The notes under the pieces were generated by a model. The model searched no databases and had not been told where the DNA came from. It saw nothing but the letters and a program-made list of their open reading frames with translations. Below are positions 61,204 to 64,000 of a stretch of DNA of 64,000 nt, piece by piece; the stretch's first letter is position 1, and every line of letters begins with the position of its first letter. The translations under genes were made by a program, and so were the position numbers. The DNA lies in the NCBI GenBank assembly GCA_951406725.2, contig OX597824.1:45074001-45138000 (forward strand). The letters are read 5' to 3'. Source of the stretch: Octopus vulgaris. Taxonomy: Eukaryota.

Positions 61204-61968
61204 AAACATGCATACATATTAGTAAATTTGTGATATAACTGAACCTAAACTAACTGGGATGGAATTAACATTATTGAATATGCTGGTGTGAGTGAGCTCA
61301 TAAGTTAAAATGGTTGTTTCAGCATATCTACCTTGCCATCCTCCATTTTGCCTTTTCCATTTTGTCTTCCGGAACCATGAGGCAGTCTGAATTGCAGGGA
61401 ATTGTAAAGTTACTCCATATAAACTTACGAAAAGTAGTCACAATGTTTATACACACATGTGTGTGTCTGAAGCCCTTCCCCCTCATTACAGAAGTCTCAC
61501 AGTCCTACAGACGTGCTGTAACATGAAACAGATTTGCTAATCCATTTTTAGAATGTGTGAAAGACATTTTGTTCAAATTAATTCTATTCATTCATTAAAT
61601 ATTCTTTTATGCAAACCACTCAATATTTATTTTTCTTTGAAGACACATTTTTTCCTAATTCAGTATGGAGAGATTTTTTTCTTCAGGATTGATAGACATT
61701 CTCTCAGTGATTTGTTTTTCTGGTTTGCCTTCTATCAGACCCTCTTGAAACATTGCTTATGTTAGCTTGATTTTTAAAAAATATCTGCATATTATTTTCT
61801 GGAATTCTGAGTCTCCTAAACTTATCTCCAAGATGAAAGATCAATGCAAACCTCAAGGTGCTAGTTGTTTTATGTTGCATCTATTTGATAAATCTAAGTT
61901 ACCTGTTACCTCTTAATCACAACTAACAATAGAAATTCATGAATTTTAATTTTGGAATTGGATCTGCC

Positions 61969-62192
61969 TTAACTCTTTAGCATTCAAACAAGCCATACCA
62001 GGCCCAAATATTCTACCTCTTTTATGTTCAACCCAAGCAGATCTAGTCTCTCTCACTTCCCCTATAATGTCATTGTAAAAGTAAACAATCATGTTATCAA
62101 AATCTTGAAGCTATAAGATAATGTATGATTAATTCAAAACAATGTGAATAAATAATGCATTTAACTGAGTAATCTGAATGCTAGATGGTTAA
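61969..62192. mobile_element. piggyBac-like MITE family A, copy 2
   Basis: TTAA-ctctttagcattca ... tgaatgctagatgg-TTAA; internal similarity to 7069-7289. Confidence 0.8.
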
Positions 62193-62496
62193 AGGTTGTC
62201 TCAGTAAAGTAACATTCTTATTGATGTCTAGTTGAAAATGTTCAGCTTCTCAAGATAAAACATTTCTTTAAAATTATTTTATGAACTCATATATAGCTGT
62301 AGCATTCACATTGTTTATTTTACAAGTTTCTAATCTGCCTAATAACAATGTTGATTATTTGTCTAGTCCAACTGTTTTTATAGTTTGCAATAAAGATTCA
62401 ACCCACTTCTCTCCTAAATTTACATCATGTTATGGTGTGATAAAAAAAAACCCTAATAATTAAATTGGTGGTATACAGCCTAGCCACAGGTATATC

Positions 62497-62885
62497 CTTT
62501 ATTTTTACTTGTTTCAGTCATTAAACTGCAGCCATGCTGGAGTATTACCTTGAGGAATTTTTAATCAAACAAATTGACCCCAGTACTTTTTTTTTTATGA
62601 CTATTGTTTTCCTTAGCTGAACTGCTAAATTACAGAGGTATAAACTCACCGACACTAGCTGGTGGGGGACAAACATAAACACTAAGACACACACACGTAG
62701 ATATATAGATAGATTGATATATGACGGGCTTCCTTCAGTTTCTGTCTTCCAAATCCACTCACAAGGTTTTGGTCAACACGAAGCTGTAGTAGAAGACACT
62801 TGGCCAAGGTGCCACACTGTATGACTGAACCAGAACTATATGGTTAGGAAGCAAACTTCTTTTACCACACAGCCATGCCTGTGCC
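62497..62885 (-). mobile_element. SINE family 1, antisense copy
   Basis: Reverse complement of the 40895 element (tttacttgtttcagtca ... ttaccacacagccatgcctgtgcc). Confidence 0.82.
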
Positions 62886-64000
62886 TGCAGTAATTTTTTT
62901 TTTTTTTTATCATAAAGTTGTAGGCTTAGATTTTTTTAATTTCATTATATTAAACGTATTTTCATAAACATTATATTAGGCACCAGAATATATGTCAAAT
63001 TTTAAATTTATCAAATAGCCATCCACTTGCACATTAATCTAGCAAGTCAGTAATACAGTTAATCAAACAACTGAACAGCCATTGCTGAAACTGACAGAGG
63101 ATCATATGTGTGTGTGTACCTTTTCATGCATATATTTATACAATTTCAGAAATAAATCTTATATATGTGTACATGCTTATAGCTAAATCTCATCTAATGC
63201 ATTTTTAAAAAATAAAGAATTCAAATGAGAAACTCAAGCTGGTTGAATTTCTCAATTTCAAAGAATTAACATTTTTTATTGTTTTTGTATTGATCATATG
63301 CCAATGTTTGGGCTAGTGCAAGTGTTTTCTGAATATTGATTACTACTTACTTTAGGCATGACTTTGGGTAGCAGACTGTGTTTGTGTTAAATTGTTATGT
63401 GTGTATAAATATATGGCATCACTATTTCTTCATCATAATTCTGATATAAGTGAGTTTGGTTTAATGTTCAGTATATTGGCAGTCTATCTTACACTCTTCT
63501 TATTTGTTTCCATTTTCATTTTTATTGTAGTTATGTATTTTCTTGGATAAATGCAAGAATTCCTATTAGTAACTTCTTGAATTGTATAACTGTATTCTAT
63601 CATTCCTGTACAGTTTGTTGATGCAAGTTACATCATGATATGATTGCAAATACACACAATTTGCACACGCAATTATATCTACAAAAAAGCTGGCTCATTT
63701 ATTTATTAGGAGTTTGATGTTTATAACAAAAGCTGTATTTGTAAAGCAGAAAATAAGTTGGATTGAATTATCCCTATTATTTTTACTGACTCCCTAACAT
63801 AATGAAGATAATACATGTATAAGAAATCAATATTAGCATTAGCAGTGTAACACAATCCAATTTTGTATCCAAGTTTTTAATCTGAATCTATTGCATACAA
63901 TAAAGTATATTGAGATCACTTCAGTTGATTATATATGATAATGGTATGATGAATTTCTGCATAATCCAATAATATTTTAAAGTATATTTGTACCTATTCA

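Noticed and set aside
52978-64000. Next Girdin exon (expected to begin with a DLVxEK-like peptide)
   Set aside because: No convincing acceptor plus matching open frame found by eye; probably beyond the window.

Overview
AT-rich, repeat-dense animal genomic DNA. The SINE, RTE-LINE and microsatellite content looks like a coleoid cephalopod, probably Octopus (inference from repeat families). The window lies inside one + strand gene, a Girdin/Daple (CCDC88 family, HOOK-domain coiled-coil) homologue. Ten consecutive GT-AG coding exons (1854-52977; 2388 nt, 796 codons) join in one open frame with consistent phases; the start and stop lie outside the window. The introns hold a young 5'-truncated RTE-type LINE with an intact RT C-terminal ORF and an embedded PHD-like C4HC3 finger, and a second decayed copy in the opposite orientation with a nested insertion. 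They also hold many RTE 3' fragments, two tRNA-like SINE families (several with target-site duplications, TSDs), TTAA-flanked piggyBac-like MITEs, mariner and Tigger/pogo transposase fossils, an LTR-like relic, several long palindromes or hairpins, and large (CT)n/(TA)n satellites. I found no clearly new multi-gene system. The best leads are the PHD finger inside the RT ORF, the large amount of potential intronic dsRNA, and a perfect hairpin element sitting in a TA microsatellite.
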